From positions 30,982-94,981 of IMG/VR virus record IMGVR_UViG_3300007538_000020: 64,000 nucleotides of DNA, one strand, 5' to 3'. Each line of letters starts with the position of its first letter. The stretch's first letter is position 1. Below are positions 18,567-30,038 of the stretch, piece by piece. Source of the DNA: a virus. The notes under the pieces were generated by a model, which was not told where the DNA came from, did not search any database, and was given only the letters and a program-made list of their open reading frames with translations. The translations under genes and the position numbers were made by a program.

Positions 18567-21500
18567 TTAAAAAGGAGGAGGACCACAATCGTCACCTTCT
18601 ACCATATCTTCATCAGTTATTTGATCTCTTAGATCGTCTATAGTTAATTGACTTGGGTCTAATAAAGATCCAAATGGAGAACTAGTAGGAAGTAAATCAG
18701 AATTTAAAGTAGGTGTTTCTTCTTTATTTATAGGAACTTCTACTGCTACTTCATTAACAGATTTAGTTAAAAAAGAGTTCATAGAATATTCATTATTTAA
18801 TTGATTTACTTTTTCAAATATTCTATGAGTATCTGTTTCATCATATATCATATATAATTCACTTCTTCTTTTTTCTTTATTATACAGTTTAACAAAATCT
18901 GTTACTAATAAAGTATCAGGAGTAGTATTTTTAGTTATATCTATAGATACAGTTCTCTTATCTTTTGAAAATCTACCATTAACTATTTCAGGAGCTTTAT
19001 TAGGATTGTTTCTAAAGAATTGTTGGACAAATAATTTAGACATCTTTATCTCATTAATAGGATTATTATTTAGTATAGAATAAAACTCTTTAGAATTATA
19101 AGCATCTCCAAATCCAATAGATACTAAATACTCTATAGGAATAATAGAACTCAATCCATTAGAACTTCTTAGACCACCTGTTGTTAAATAAGAATAAGCT
19201 ATTAAATCTTTAGCTAATAAAGCTTCTTCTGCATTATCAGAAGATAACATATCAGCTACAGTTTTCATACCATAAATTCTTTCAGTTGATTCTAATTGGT
19301 TTGTATTTAAAGTAATCTTATCTACAAATAATTCTTTATTATCAGCTAACTCAATATTCATTCTTTGCATTAACCAATTATCAGGATTATCTGTTTTATA
19401 TTTTAATAACCTGGCTCCTATTCCTTTAAGAATATTTTTTCTATATTCATCAAAAGTTACTTCTGTAGAATAAAGATTATTTTTCTTATAAGTCATTAAG
19501 AATTGAATTAATGCTTTTTTAACATCTCTACTTAGTTTTTGAGATAACTCATCACTACCTAAAGATTTTAAAATATCAGCATTAATATCATAAAACAACT
19601 TACTATTATATGGATATAAACTATTATTGTTATATAAACTTATAACAGGTCTATAAGCTTTATCCATTAACTCACCTGCAAATGTTTTAGTATAAAAATC
19701 ATCTACATTTCTAAATGGTAAAGCTTTAACAGCTTCTTCTGAAAGTTGAGTACTCTCTCTATATTTATCTGATAGATTTATGTTTTTAACTAAATCAGTA
19801 AAGTTTTTACCTACTGATTGAGTATCTATATTTAAACCATTTATAACTTCAGTTAATTTAGCAGCTGTATTACTATATTGCATATAAGTATGTAATATTT
19901 TTAATTGAGCTTCATAGAATAATATCTTTTGTTGATTATTTAAAGATTCTAAATTTTTATTAATTTTTAAATTATTCTCTAAACCTTTTTTAGAAAATAT
20001 ACCAATATCAGTAGCTGTAAATGGTTTACCTTTTAATTCTTTTATTTTATTATTAAAATAATTTATAGTTTGTATTTCAGCTTCTTCTTCATAAGTAGTC
20101 TTTACATACTTATTTAAACTTGATTTACTAGCTTTTAAAATTTCAATATATTTAACAATAGCAGGTTGTTTTAAAAAGCCTACAATCAAAGATAAATCAT
20201 CTATACCAGATATTGCTATATACATAGCTGTAGGTAATGTTTCTATATTTAAATTAGCTTTATTCAACTGTTGCTCTTTAGCGTTATCCACAGCAGCAGA
20301 TTGGAATATCTGTAGTATATCTGATATATAGGTATTGTTAACAACACCTCTTATTTTATTAAGTTTAAATAATCCAAATAATTCTTTATTATTATAAGAA
20401 CCTGCTTTGTCTAAATCAACATCAGTATATAATTCATCTGAATCATCTTTTTTAAATTTAACTCCTTTTATAACATCATTTGTTTTTAAAGCAAAATTAG
20501 TATACTGAGCTTGAGAAAAGAAAGTAGAAAATAAAGAAGTAATACCAACTGCTGTTTTACCTACTACGTTAGATTCGAAATAAGCATCTTGTGTTACTGA
20601 AGAAAAAGGACTTATTACTTCTGTTTGTTCATCATATTGACTATAGTGATCATTCACTTCTTTTAACACATCAATTTCGTTTGGCTTCAACATTCTTTCT
20701 AATAACTTAGGATTAGTAAGAACATCTAAGTACATATCTATTATCTTATTCTGTCTGGCTTTTAAAGTATTCTGAGCAGCAGGTGATTGTTCTTTAAAGG
20801 TTTCAAAGTCAGGAATATATTTTTTATTTATCAATTCATTTATTAAAGATTTTTTACTTGTTATATAATCCTCTTCTATTTCTTTAAATTCTTTATTTAA
20901 AAATAAAGTCTTAACATTTAATAACTCTATTTTTTCTCTTATTTCATCTTCTTCTTCTCTAGTTTTAGCTTCTTCTAATTGTTCAGCATAATCTTCTAAT
21001 AGACGTTGAGTATCTTTATTACTCTTTATTGCTTTCTCATACTCTTTCTTATAAAATGAGAATGTTTTGAGTTTTGATTTATTCTCTCTTAAATATAAAG
21101 CTAATAACTCTTCTACTTTTTCAACATACCTATTCTCTACATCTTTCTCATCTAAAGATTCACTATATTTAACTACTTGTTTAGTTATAGGATCTACGTT
21201 TTTAAAATAAATATATAATTTATCAACGTCAAAGTCAGATCCCATTCTCTTCAACATCTCAGGAGAAACTACAACTAAGTCTCCCATAGAAGGAGGTAAG
21301 AATCCTTGAATTTTTAATGGAACCATTAAGTTATGTCCTTGGTTAGGAATCCTAAAACCAACTACTCTTAATAATTCTTCAGGTATATTATTAATATCGC
21401 TAAAATAACTTTTAAAGATATTTGGTAAATATATTCCTTCAGGTAATGTTCTAGCTTCTTCATTAGATTTTTGATTAAACCTTTCATTTAAAATATCAGA

Positions 21501-24500
21501 TAAAGCTCTAGCTTGAGATATATCTGTAGTAGCAAATTGATCAGTTAATGTTTTACCTTTAGCTTTTTGATATAAATCTTTTTCTAAATCTGGATTTTCA
21601 TTTAAATATTGTTCCCATAAAGATTTATAAGCTTGGTAAGACTCTTCTTTAGTCATTTTATTTAAAGGTGCTTTACCTTTACCTAATTTCCAATCGTTAC
21701 CTTGAACTCTATATCCTTTAACATCTAATTGATATGCTTCCTCTATAGTTCTACCATCATTTAATTTAGCATATAAAGCACTAAATCTTTTATCTCCTTT
21801 AGAAGAAACTTCATAATTATTTTTATTTTCTTTTTTATATCTACTCCAATCTATTTTTGTTTCTGATTCAATAGATAAGGTATCTAATGAATTACTATTA
21901 TCTCTAATATACTGAATCTTATTTTTTGCATTTTTAAATAATTCTGATTCTGTATCTATTACTTTATTAAATGCAAAGTTAGAAGCTTGAACAAATGATT
22001 TACCACTCATCTTCTGTTTTACTAATTTATTAGTAAAAATAGATAATAAGAGTGATTCTATTTGTTCAGAGTAAGGTGTTAAGTATAAAGGAATTAAGAA
22101 TTTATTATCAAGTGTTTCTAAAGCTTGTAAAAAGTTTTCATCAAATCCTCTTGACTCAGCTTCTCTTAATATTACTTCTTTAAATTTATCTATATTATTT
22201 ATTTGATACCTTTTAGTTTCAGGATCATAATAAGACTCTAAAGTAGCTACTATTAAGTTTCTATAATTCTCTTGTACTGTATATAAGTGTAAGTCTTCGA
22301 ACAATGCTTTTTTCTCTTCTGCATTAGCATCAAATTCTTTTAAAGCTTCAAAGAGAAGTTTTCTAGCCTGAGAAACTAAGTTTACTTTATTTTTCTCTGC
22401 ATCGAAAGGAACTTCTTGCTGTAGTCTCATACCACTCCAAGGAAGAACATTTATGTTATCGGGATCTAAATCTAATAACTCATAGTTTTCATTTACAATT
22501 GGTTGTATACCTTGTGAACCTATCTTAGAAGCAGATTCAAAAAATAGTATATCTACAGGATTATCTTTATTTTCCATTTTATCCTTTAACTCTTTTAATT
22601 GAGTAAAGTTATTATTATTAACTAATTCGTTAATCAATGGAAATGCTGAGAACTTAATATATTTAGGTACATATACTTTTAAAGTATCATCCCATACATC
22701 CTCCACGTATACAGGTTTCAGAGGTCCTAATACTTTGTATAAATCTTTATTAGATAGTTTTTGATTATTTCTTATCTTATTAATAATTCTCTTATAATCT
22801 TTATCTAATCTACCTAAACCATCTAACATTTTTTCATAAGTATCTAAGGTTACTATTGCCTGAGCATCAGTACCATTCATATCTTTAGAATACTCTTCAA
22901 CTAATTTATCATAAGTTTTCTTATCTTTAACAATTGATTTTAAGTCTTCTAAAAATTTATCTTTATTTTTTAAAGGATAATAAATATCTTTAACGATAGC
23001 AGCTCTAAATGAACCTTCTAAAAAGAAGTCTAAACCAGGAGCTAAGTTTTTAGCAGCTCGTTTTGAAGCATCATCAAGGTTTTTAGTAAAAGCTAAATCG
23101 TTATCCATCAAACTAGAATATACAATTTGAGATAATAAACTATTATATATATAACTATCTAATAAGTCTATATCTTTATCTTTTTGTTTAGAATAATTTA
23201 CATCAATATATTTAGATAATATATTTCCTTTATTATTTACTAAATTAAGTTTTTGTAATTGTTTTATTTTTTCTTCTTTAAGCTTAATGAAAATATCATT
23301 TAAAGCATTTAATATTTGTTCCTTATGTACTTCTGGATTATATAAAGGATCAGTTAATAAGAAAGTAGAGTTCTCTGTAGATAAACTTGTTTTATTTAAA
23401 GTTGGAAATATTACAAATTTAAAAGCTTCCCCATCTTTACTTAATTTATCTTTTTTGTAATGATAGTTTAAAACTAACTTTGATTCTAATCTCTTTTTTA
23501 GAGCTGGGTCAGTTGTAGTTTTTATAGCATCTATTAATCTATGAGCTTCTCTTATTCTATTAAACTCTGATATATAAATACTATATAAGTTATTTAAAGA
23601 TTCAGAATCTAATCTATTATTAACAAAAGATACTCTAAACTTAGGCATTTTAATAAAAGGAATAGTAGGTTTATCTGACTGAGTAGGAGATATAAACCAA
23701 CCTGTACTATTACCTTCATTCATAAAACCAATCAATTTAGTTATCTCTCTTTCTTGAGGAGATAAGTTTTTAAATGGTTTACCATTACCATAATCTCCTA
23801 TTTTATTAAAGTTAGAGAATATAGCATATTCAAAATTAGTAGAATTCCACTCACCTGAATTTAATTTCTGTGTAATAAAACTATCTTTATGAAAAGGACT
23901 ATTATTTAAAGCTAATCTAAAAGTAGAATTAGCATTAAATAAATCTCTCATTTTTTTAGATAAAGCGTGATTAGCAAAAACAGAATAAATGTTTTTACCC
24001 TCTTCGTTTCTAAACATAGTTGAGTAAACGTTATTATTAGTTAATAATTCAGCTAATGATAACATTTTAATATTGTTACTTTCTTTAGAAAAAGGATTAT
24101 TATCTATCGCATTATCACCTTCTTTTATTGATTCTAATGATTCAAATATTCTATAAACAGAAGATAAGAATTTAGTAGCAGTGTATTTTCTATTAATTAA
24201 TTGAGGACTATTAACAATTATACTTATAGTTTCAGGACTAATATCTATACCTAAATCTTTTAATAATGGTCTTAAATAAGATAATTTAACTTCAATACTC
24301 TGCTGATTATCTTTTATAATTCTATAATTCTCTAATATTTTATTTATTCTTTTTAAATCATAAACTAATTGATTATTAGAATATTTTACATTCTTATTTA
24401 AATTTGTATTTTTAAAGTTTTCATACCAATTAGTTATTATTAATTCATTAGCTTCTCTTCTATTAGAATAAATAAATCTTAATGTATTATTATTGTCATT

Positions 24501-27500
24501 TTTAGTAAACTGAGCTGTAACAAATTTAGCATGTTGTTTACTAAAGTTAGACATGAATTCTTTATAAACAGCAACAGAGTCTTGATTTTTAGAATTCTTA
24601 AACTCATTTAATTTCTCAGCTATGTAATGATACATTGAATTATATCTACCTAATTCTTGTAACCTATCATATATTTCTTCTATAGGAACATTAGATAAGT
24701 TTAATACTAAGTTATTATATACTACATCATAAGGTAGATAAGATGTCATGTTGAAAATATTAACTTTATTCTCAAACGCACCTTTAGTATTCTTTATTCT
24801 TTCAGGAATAAAAGCTAAAAACTTTTTCATTCTGGCAGAAGCTGAATCTTTTGGATTAACCTGAAATGCTTCTCTACCATAAGATTCTGAACCAATAGAA
24901 TCTAACTCTAAATCTTCATCATACTCATCTTCTAATAATTCAGAGTATGTTATGATTTTATCAAGACTTTTTATATAAGCAATAGATTTTTCTACTATTT
25001 TTTTGAAAGTAGGATTATTAAAATCATTTGCTAGAATAGATTCATATCTTTCTAATATAGGATCTTCTGAATCTAGTAATTCTATTTCTTCTTTAGTTTC
25101 TAATAATATATTTTTTAATTTACTAACAGCTTCATCTATTTTTTTATCTGGATTACGTAGAATAAAATCCAATAATACTTTACTTGATGATTTTAATATT
25201 TCATCAGTTTCGAAAATAGATAATTCAGGAACTAAGAAGTTTTCATATAAATCATATGATTTTTCTTCAGAGTTTAATTTATTATTAGAATATTTGTTAT
25301 CATAGTTTAATATATCAGATACATGCTTATCTACTAATTCATAAATAGAATTATTTTTAGTTGATATACCAAATAAAGATTTAATAAAATCTATAAACTT
25401 ATCAAATACAGATTTATCTTTATCAGTATTTTTTAATCTTTCTTTAAACTCTTTATTAGAAAAAGCTTCTGATAAGAATTCATCTATTGATGATAAAGCA
25501 TAATTGAACTTATCATCTTTTATTTTCTCTTTAGCTTCTTTGTATAATTGTTGTAGATCTTTATTACCTGTGTGTTTATGTAAAGCAGCGTGTAATAATT
25601 CGTGTACTATTACATATTCTATATCTCTTGAAGACTTTTTAATAGCTTTAGTATTAATAAGAATTGTATTAGTATTAGCATTATATTTAGCTATCTTTTT
25701 ATCCTGAGCATAGTAATATTTAAAGGTAGGTAAATTACCTTTTAAGTTATTTAATATCTTATCATAAATAATACTTAATTCAGGATCTTTACTAATTAGT
25801 TCTGGTAATACATCATATTCATTACCTACTAATTTAGTTAATTGTCTTATGTTATGTATATTACCTAATTGTGAATTGAAAGTAACACTAGAATCTATAA
25901 AAAATAAGTCATTAGGATTTTCTACATCATCTAAATCGATTACTTTACCTAAAGGATTTGTTTTACCAGATGATTTACCTTTAGGAGGAGTTTTAGGTGG
26001 AGTTTTAGGCTTAGGCTTAGGCTTAGCTTTTGGCTTAGGTTTAGCTTTAGGTTTAACTGATTTAGTAGCAGGTTCGTTTTTGTTAGTTAAAGCTTTATTA
26101 ATATATGCTTCGGCAAACTCTCTTATATTTTTAAAACCTTGTTTATCTTTTTTATATTCAGCTAAAATGCTAGGATATTTCTTAGCAATATTTCCTACAG
26201 CTTTTTCAGTTTGTACATATTCTAAATCTTCATTTGTAAATTTAGTATTTTCTGTATCAGGTATTAGTACTTCTTTATTATTAGGTTTATAAGTAGATTC
26301 TTCTTTTTTAGAAGTTTCATCTATAACTTTAAATGATATTACTGGTTGTAAGTTATAATACTTTTTACCAGGATTACTTTCACTATAAGGTAAACCTTTA
26401 ACATTAGTTGTTAAGTTTCTACCAAGAAACTCTCTATTACTTATTTTACCTTTATAAACTAATTGGTTATTATCAAATTCCATATTGATATAATCACCTT
26501 TAAGTATATTATATCTAAGGTTAGATAATAATTCTCTTATTTTAGATTCATCTTTATTAGTAAAATATTCAGTAGTCCATCCTCCTTTAGAAGACTTAGT
26601 AGTGAATATTCTAATTTCTTTTGTTTTACTATCTCTAACTACTTTAAAGTTATTAGAGTTATTACCATTATAAACAATATAATTCAATAGTTTTGAAGCA
26701 GAATTAATTTCCGCAGGAAAACCTAATTTAGCTAATTCTGTTGGGTTATCATATCTATCCCAATTTTGTAATATATATAGAGCTTTTTCTATAGCATTTT
26801 GATCTAATTGTCTAGGAACAACAGCCCATGGCATTAATACTTTTTTATTAGGATTTTTAGAACCTCTTGCGAAAGTAGGTATTAATGCGAATACAGTACC
26901 TTTTTTAAATTTATTTACATTACTAACATCTATTTCACTATCAGATAAATCTGGGTTACCTATTATTTGTAAAGCATTAACATCATCTGCATAACCAAAT
27001 GCTATATCAGAATCTAATGTTTGACCATCTCCTAACTTTTCTACTAAACTACCATAGTTATCTGTTTTATTAAACACACCATTATTCTTATCAGTTATTT
27101 CTATAGTAACTGGATTATTATTAGTTACTAAACTATCAAATAATTTAGTTCTTAATTCTAATAATTGTTTCTGAGCTTCTTTAGTATTTTTTTCACTTAT
27201 TAATCTTGCTATGTTAGGATCTATTCTATCTAAACTAGTTACTTGATTTTGGAAAGCATGTACATAAGCTACTTTCTTATTATTAGAATCTACTATAACA
27301 TAAGGAATCTTATGTAAGTTTTTAGAGTTTATCTCTATATTATTCTCCTTAGCATATTCCTCATCTATAATAATTGAAAATCTCTCACCTGGTAATATCT
27401 TATCTCTATCTAATAAATCATTGTTTATTAAATTATTAATAACAAGATTACCATTTTCATCATAGACATCTTCTAAATCTTCATTTTTTTCTATATGAAG

Positions 27501-30038
27501 ATAAGCAAAGGTTATGATATTTCCTTTTTTATATTTTACATCTTCTTCTTCATATACACTTTCATTATCTTCTAAAACAGATTCTTCTGTTTGACCACTA
27601 GTATCTATTACATCTGGGTCTGTATTTAAAGTAGGTTTAGTTTTAGTTTTAGGTTTAGCTTTAGCTTTAGACTTAGGAGGAGTCTTTGGTTTTTTACTTA
27701 ACTCTTTTTCTAAATCTATTACGCCTTCAGAAATTAATGTAGCAGCTTCAGCGAATAAGTCCTCATACTTATTCATTAAATCAATTTCTTCTTGTGTTAA
27801 ATCTACACCTTTGAGTTGTTTGTCTATTATTTCTAATATTCTTCTTTGAGAAGGTTTTTCGTCAGTAGATGTTGTTGCATCTGATTCTTCTTCTGTATCT
27901 GTTTCTGATTCTTTTTGAGACTGTTTAAAGTTTTCATACTTTAAATCTATTTCCTTTTTCTTATCTTCTGAAAGATTAGGATACATTAGTTTTAACTCTT
28001 CAAATAATTTATCTACAGTATCAGCATCATTATTATTAATAGCTTCATCAAAAGAAATTTCTTTTTCTTTAATTACTTTATCAAAAGCATCTTTAACTTC
28101 TTTCTCTCTTTGGTCATTAATATCTTTTTCTCTTTTAGTGGCATACTCAGAATCTTTTAATTTTCTATAATTATCTGTGTTGTTAGTTACTTGTATTTCA
28201 GATGCTAATATATTAGCTACTTTTTTCTGTACATCTCCATCTATCTCATCTATTAAAAAATCAACTTCACCAAAAGGTTTATTAGTATCTTCTTTTATTT
28301 TTTCTTGTAAAGATTTTAATTCTCTAGAATTAGATTCTAATTTAGATTGTAAAAATTCTATATCTTTTTCTGATAAATTCTTTCTGGTATCTTCCTCAGA
28401 TAATACACCTTCAATTACTTTATTTTCGTTTAATAATTGATTACCTCTTATTACAGAATCTTTAATTAAATTATCTACATTAGATAAATTAGCTTTACTA
28501 TATATATCAAATAAAGATGCTTTAGCTTTAGTTATAGTTTCTTTGTTAAGAAGTATATTAGCTAAGTTATTAAAAGCTTCTAATCTAACATTAGTTAATG
28601 AACCATCAAATTCATTAGTTACTTTATTCCAAGTATTTTCTATAATGTCTACTGCTTTTAGATATTCTCCTTTTTTATTTTTAATAACATTAGGATCTAA
28701 TCCAGCTGCAACAGCTTCTTCCTCTGTCATATTGAACATCTCATCTAAAGTAGCTTTAAACTGTTCAATAGTTCCTTGTTCAGCATTATGAAATGCTAAG
28801 TTATATAACATTTTCTTTTGAAGTTGTTCATATTTAACTTCATCATTATTAGCTATAGCTTCTTGCATTTCAGCATAAAGTTTAGAATTTTTATTAAAAA
28901 TATCTTTAACTTTATCTTTATTTTTATTAGCAAATGCCATTGCTTTTTCTTCTTGCTGAGCATATGTAGGAGCACCTTTTATCTTTGATATAGCATCATT
29001 CAATTTTTGTCCTCCAGCCTCAAAAGCAACACCACCAACTGCACCTAATAGACCTGCTGTTAAACCTTCATCAGAAGTTAAATAATCCATAAACCTACTA
29101 GATATAGTAGTATCATCTTGAATATTTAAAGCATCTCTTTCATTATCTTTTGCTATAAAATCCATTAAAACCTCTTCACCATATTCACCAGCAGCGTTCA
29201 TAAAATATTCTTTTCCTCTCTTTTTAATCCAAGGAGAAGCAGCATCAGCAAATCTAGAAGCAGTTTTAATTCCTCTCATTAAAGTATAGTATTGAGGAAT
29301 TTCAAACATTAAATTTATTTTAGATTGGTATACTATATCCATAGCTTCATTTAAAGCTACTTCATTAGAAACACCTTGACTTAATAATGATTTATAAGTT
29401 TGAGAAGCATTTTGCATAGCTTCTACGTAATTCATTGAATAAGCACTAGTAAGAGCACTACCAAATTTAGTTGCGTTAGCTCCTAGTTTTAAAGCTTGTA
29501 ATCCTAAAGAAGTAGCTCTACCAATAGCCATACCAGGAACCATATAACCTAATGATTCTAATACAGTATCACCATTTCTCATCCACCATTCAAAAGATAA
29601 TGGGTCAAACTCTTCACTACCAGGAATAGATCTACTGAACTCTGGAAGTTCTTCATCTAATTTATCTTTTAATCCTCTTACTGATTCTGATACAGTGTTT
29701 GTAAAATCTCTTTCTAATCCTAATATTTCAGGAATATCTAATAGAAAACCTATTGATTCTGGTATAGTTAAAGCAGCCTTACCTATACCTCTTAAAGTCA
29801 TATTACCTAATTTAGTTAGTCTAGATTGCTTTTCATTCAAATCTTCCATTATAGTAGAAGATGTAACATTGTTATAGTTTACACCATATTTATCTGCATA
29901 CTTCTGTATTACAGGATCTAAAGTTACACTGTTAGGGTCTGGAAAATTAACCCTATCTATTTTAAATTGTTGTTTAGGATCTTGTAGAGGATCTAAACTG
30001 TTGTTAAAATTTATATCTTTAAATATACTGTTAGCCAT
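18567..30038 (-). CDS. Virion-packaged multidomain RNA polymerase (crAss-like, two-barrel) with zincin and NADAR-like domains
   Basis: 3823 aa; KR..K..APG, TDAQ, LKP, FRIPNQ, GSDFDVDK (DxDxD), QNKIID and AAVDNAKE motifs; HELLH zincin motif. Confidence 0.88.
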   Translation of the reverse strand: MANSIFKDINFNNSLDPLQDPKQQFKIDRVNFPDPNSVTLDPVIQKYADKYGVNYNNVTSSTIMEDLNEKQSRLTKLGNMTLRGIGKAALTIPESIGFLLDIPEILGLERDFTNTVSESVRGLKDKLDEELPEFSRSIPGSEEFDPLSFEWWMRNGDTVLESLGYMVPGMAIGRATSLGLQALKLGANATKFGSALTSAYSMNYVEAMQNASQTYKSLLSQGVSNEVALNEAMDIVYQSKINLMFEIPQYYTLMRGIKTASRFADAASPWIKKRGKEYFMNAAGEYGEEVLMDFIAKDNERDALNIQDDTTISSRFMDYLTSDEGLTAGLLGAVGGVAFEAGGQKLNDAISKIKGAPTYAQQEEKAMAFANKNKDKVKDIFNKNSKLYAEMQEAIANNDEVKYEQLQKKMLYNLAFHNAEQGTIEQFKATLDEMFNMTEEEAVAAGLDPNVIKNKKGEYLKAVDIIENTWNKVTNEFDGSLTNVRLEAFNNLANILLNKETITKAKASLFDIYSKANLSNVDNLIKDSVIRGNQLLNENKVIEGVLSEEDTRKNLSEKDIEFLQSKLESNSRELKSLQEKIKEDTNKPFGEVDFLIDEIDGDVQKKVANILASEIQVTNNTDNYRKLKDSEYATKREKDINDQREKEVKDAFDKVIKEKEISFDEAINNNDADTVDKLFEELKLMYPNLSEDKKKEIDLKYENFKQSQKESETDTEEESDATTSTDEKPSQRRILEIIDKQLKGVDLTQEEIDLMNKYEDLFAEAATLISEGVIDLEKELSKKPKTPPKSKAKAKPKTKTKPTLNTDPDVIDTSGQTEESVLEDNESVYEEEDVKYKKGNIITFAYLHIEKNEDLEDVYDENGNLVINNLINNDLLDRDKILPGERFSIIIDEEYAKENNIEINSKNLHKIPYVIVDSNNKKVAYVHAFQNQVTSLDRIDPNIARLISEKNTKEAQKQLLELRTKLFDSLVTNNNPVTIEITDKNNGVFNKTDNYGSLVEKLGDGQTLDSDIAFGYADDVNALQIIGNPDLSDSEIDVSNVNKFKKGTVFALIPTFARGSKNPNKKVLMPWAVVPRQLDQNAIEKALYILQNWDRYDNPTELAKLGFPAEINSASKLLNYIVYNGNNSNNFKVVRDSKTKEIRIFTTKSSKGGWTTEYFTNKDESKIRELLSNLRYNILKGDYINMEFDNNQLVYKGKISNREFLGRNLTTNVKGLPYSESNPGKKYYNLQPVISFKVIDETSKKEESTYKPNNKEVLIPDTENTKFTNEDLEYVQTEKAVGNIAKKYPSILAEYKKDKQGFKNIREFAEAYINKALTNKNEPATKSVKPKAKPKPKAKPKPKPKTPPKTPPKGKSSGKTNPLGKVIDLDDVENPNDLFFIDSSVTFNSQLGNIHNIRQLTKLVGNEYDVLPELISKDPELSIIYDKILNNLKGNLPTFKYYYAQDKKIAKYNANTNTILINTKAIKKSSRDIEYVIVHELLHAALHKHTGNKDLQQLYKEAKEKIKDDKFNYALSSIDEFLSEAFSNKEFKERLKNTDKDKSVFDKFIDFIKSLFGISTKNNSIYELVDKHVSDILNYDNKYSNNKLNSEEKSYDLYENFLVPELSIFETDEILKSSSKVLLDFILRNPDKKIDEAVSKLKNILLETKEEIELLDSEDPILERYESILANDFNNPTFKKIVEKSIAYIKSLDKIITYSELLEDEYDEDLELDSIGSESYGREAFQVNPKDSASARMKKFLAFIPERIKNTKGAFENKVNIFNMTSYLPYDVVYNNLVLNLSNVPIEEIYDRLQELGRYNSMYHYIAEKLNEFKNSKNQDSVAVYKEFMSNFSKQHAKFVTAQFTKNDNNNTLRFIYSNRREANELIITNWYENFKNTNLNKNVKYSNNQLVYDLKRINKILENYRIIKDNQQSIEVKLSYLRPLLKDLGIDISPETISIIVNSPQLINRKYTATKFLSSVYRIFESLESIKEGDNAIDNNPFSKESNNIKMLSLAELLTNNNVYSTMFRNEEGKNIYSVFANHALSKKMRDLFNANSTFRLALNNSPFHKDSFITQKLNSGEWNSTNFEYAIFSNFNKIGDYGNGKPFKNLSPQEREITKLIGFMNEGNSTGWFISPTQSDKPTIPFIKMPKFRVSFVNNRLDSESLNNLYSIYISEFNRIREAHRLIDAIKTTTDPALKKRLESKLVLNYHYKKDKLSKDGEAFKFVIFPTLNKTSLSTENSTFLLTDPLYNPEVHKEQILNALNDIFIKLKEEKIKQLQKLNLVNNKGNILSKYIDVNYSKQKDKDIDLLDSYIYNSLLSQIVYSSLMDNDLAFTKNLDDASKRAAKNLAPGLDFFLEGSFRAAIVKDIYYPLKNKDKFLEDLKSIVKDKKTYDKLVEEYSKDMNGTDAQAIVTLDTYEKMLDGLGRLDKDYKRIINKIRNNQKLSNKDLYKVLGPLKPVYVEDVWDDTLKVYVPKYIKFSAFPLINELVNNNNFTQLKELKDKMENKDNPVDILFFESASKIGSQGIQPIVNENYELLDLDPDNINVLPWSGMRLQQEVPFDAEKNKVNLVSQARKLLFEALKEFDANAEEKKALFEDLHLYTVQENYRNLIVATLESYYDPETKRYQINNIDKFKEVILREAESRGFDENFLQALETLDNKFLIPLYLTPYSEQIESLLLSIFTNKLVKQKMSGKSFVQASNFAFNKVIDTESELFKNAKNKIQYIRDNSNSLDTLSIESETKIDWSRYKKENKNNYEVSSKGDKRFSALYAKLNDGRTIEEAYQLDVKGYRVQGNDWKLGKGKAPLNKMTKEESYQAYKSLWEQYLNENPDLEKDLYQKAKGKTLTDQFATTDISQARALSDILNERFNQKSNEEARTLPEGIYLPNIFKSYFSDINNIPEELLRVVGFRIPNQGHNLMVPLKIQGFLPPSMGDLVVVSPEMLKRMGSDFDVDKLYIYFKNVDPITKQVVKYSESLDEKDVENRYVEKVEELLALYLRENKSKLKTFSFYKKEYEKAIKSNKDTQRLLEDYAEQLEEAKTREEEDEIREKIELLNVKTLFLNKEFKEIEEDYITSKKSLINELINKKYIPDFETFKEQSPAAQNTLKARQNKIIDMYLDVLTNPKLLERMLKPNEIDVLKEVNDHYSQYDEQTEVISPFSSVTQDAYFESNVVGKTAVGITSLFSTFFSQAQYTNFALKTNDVIKGVKFKKDDSDELYTDVDLDKAGSYNNKELFGLFKLNKIRGVVNNTYISDILQIFQSAAVDNAKEQQLNKANLNIETLPTAMYIAISGIDDLSLIVGFLKQPAIVKYIEILKASKSSLNKYVKTTYEEEAEIQTINYFNNKIKELKGKPFTATDIGIFSKKGLENNLKINKNLESLNNQQKILFYEAQLKILHTYMQYSNTAAKLTEVINGLNIDTQSVGKNFTDLVKNINLSDKYRESTQLSEEAVKALPFRNVDDFYTKTFAGELMDKAYRPVISLYNNNSLYPYNSKLFYDINADILKSLGSDELSQKLSRDVKKALIQFLMTYKKNNLYSTEVTFDEYRKNILKGIGARLLKYKTDNPDNWLMQRMNIELADNKELFVDKITLNTNQLESTERIYGMKTVADMLSSDNAEEALLAKDLIAYSYLTTGGLRSSNGLSSIIPIEYLVSIGFGDAYNSKEFYSILNNNPINEIKMSKLFVQQFFRNNPNKAPEIVNGRFSKDKRTVSIDITKNTTPDTLLVTDFVKLYNKEKRRSELYMIYDETDTHRIFEKVNQLNNEYSMNSFLTKSVNEVAVEVPINKEETPTLNSDLLPTSSPFGSLLDPSQLTIDDLRDQITDEDMVEGDDCGPPPF

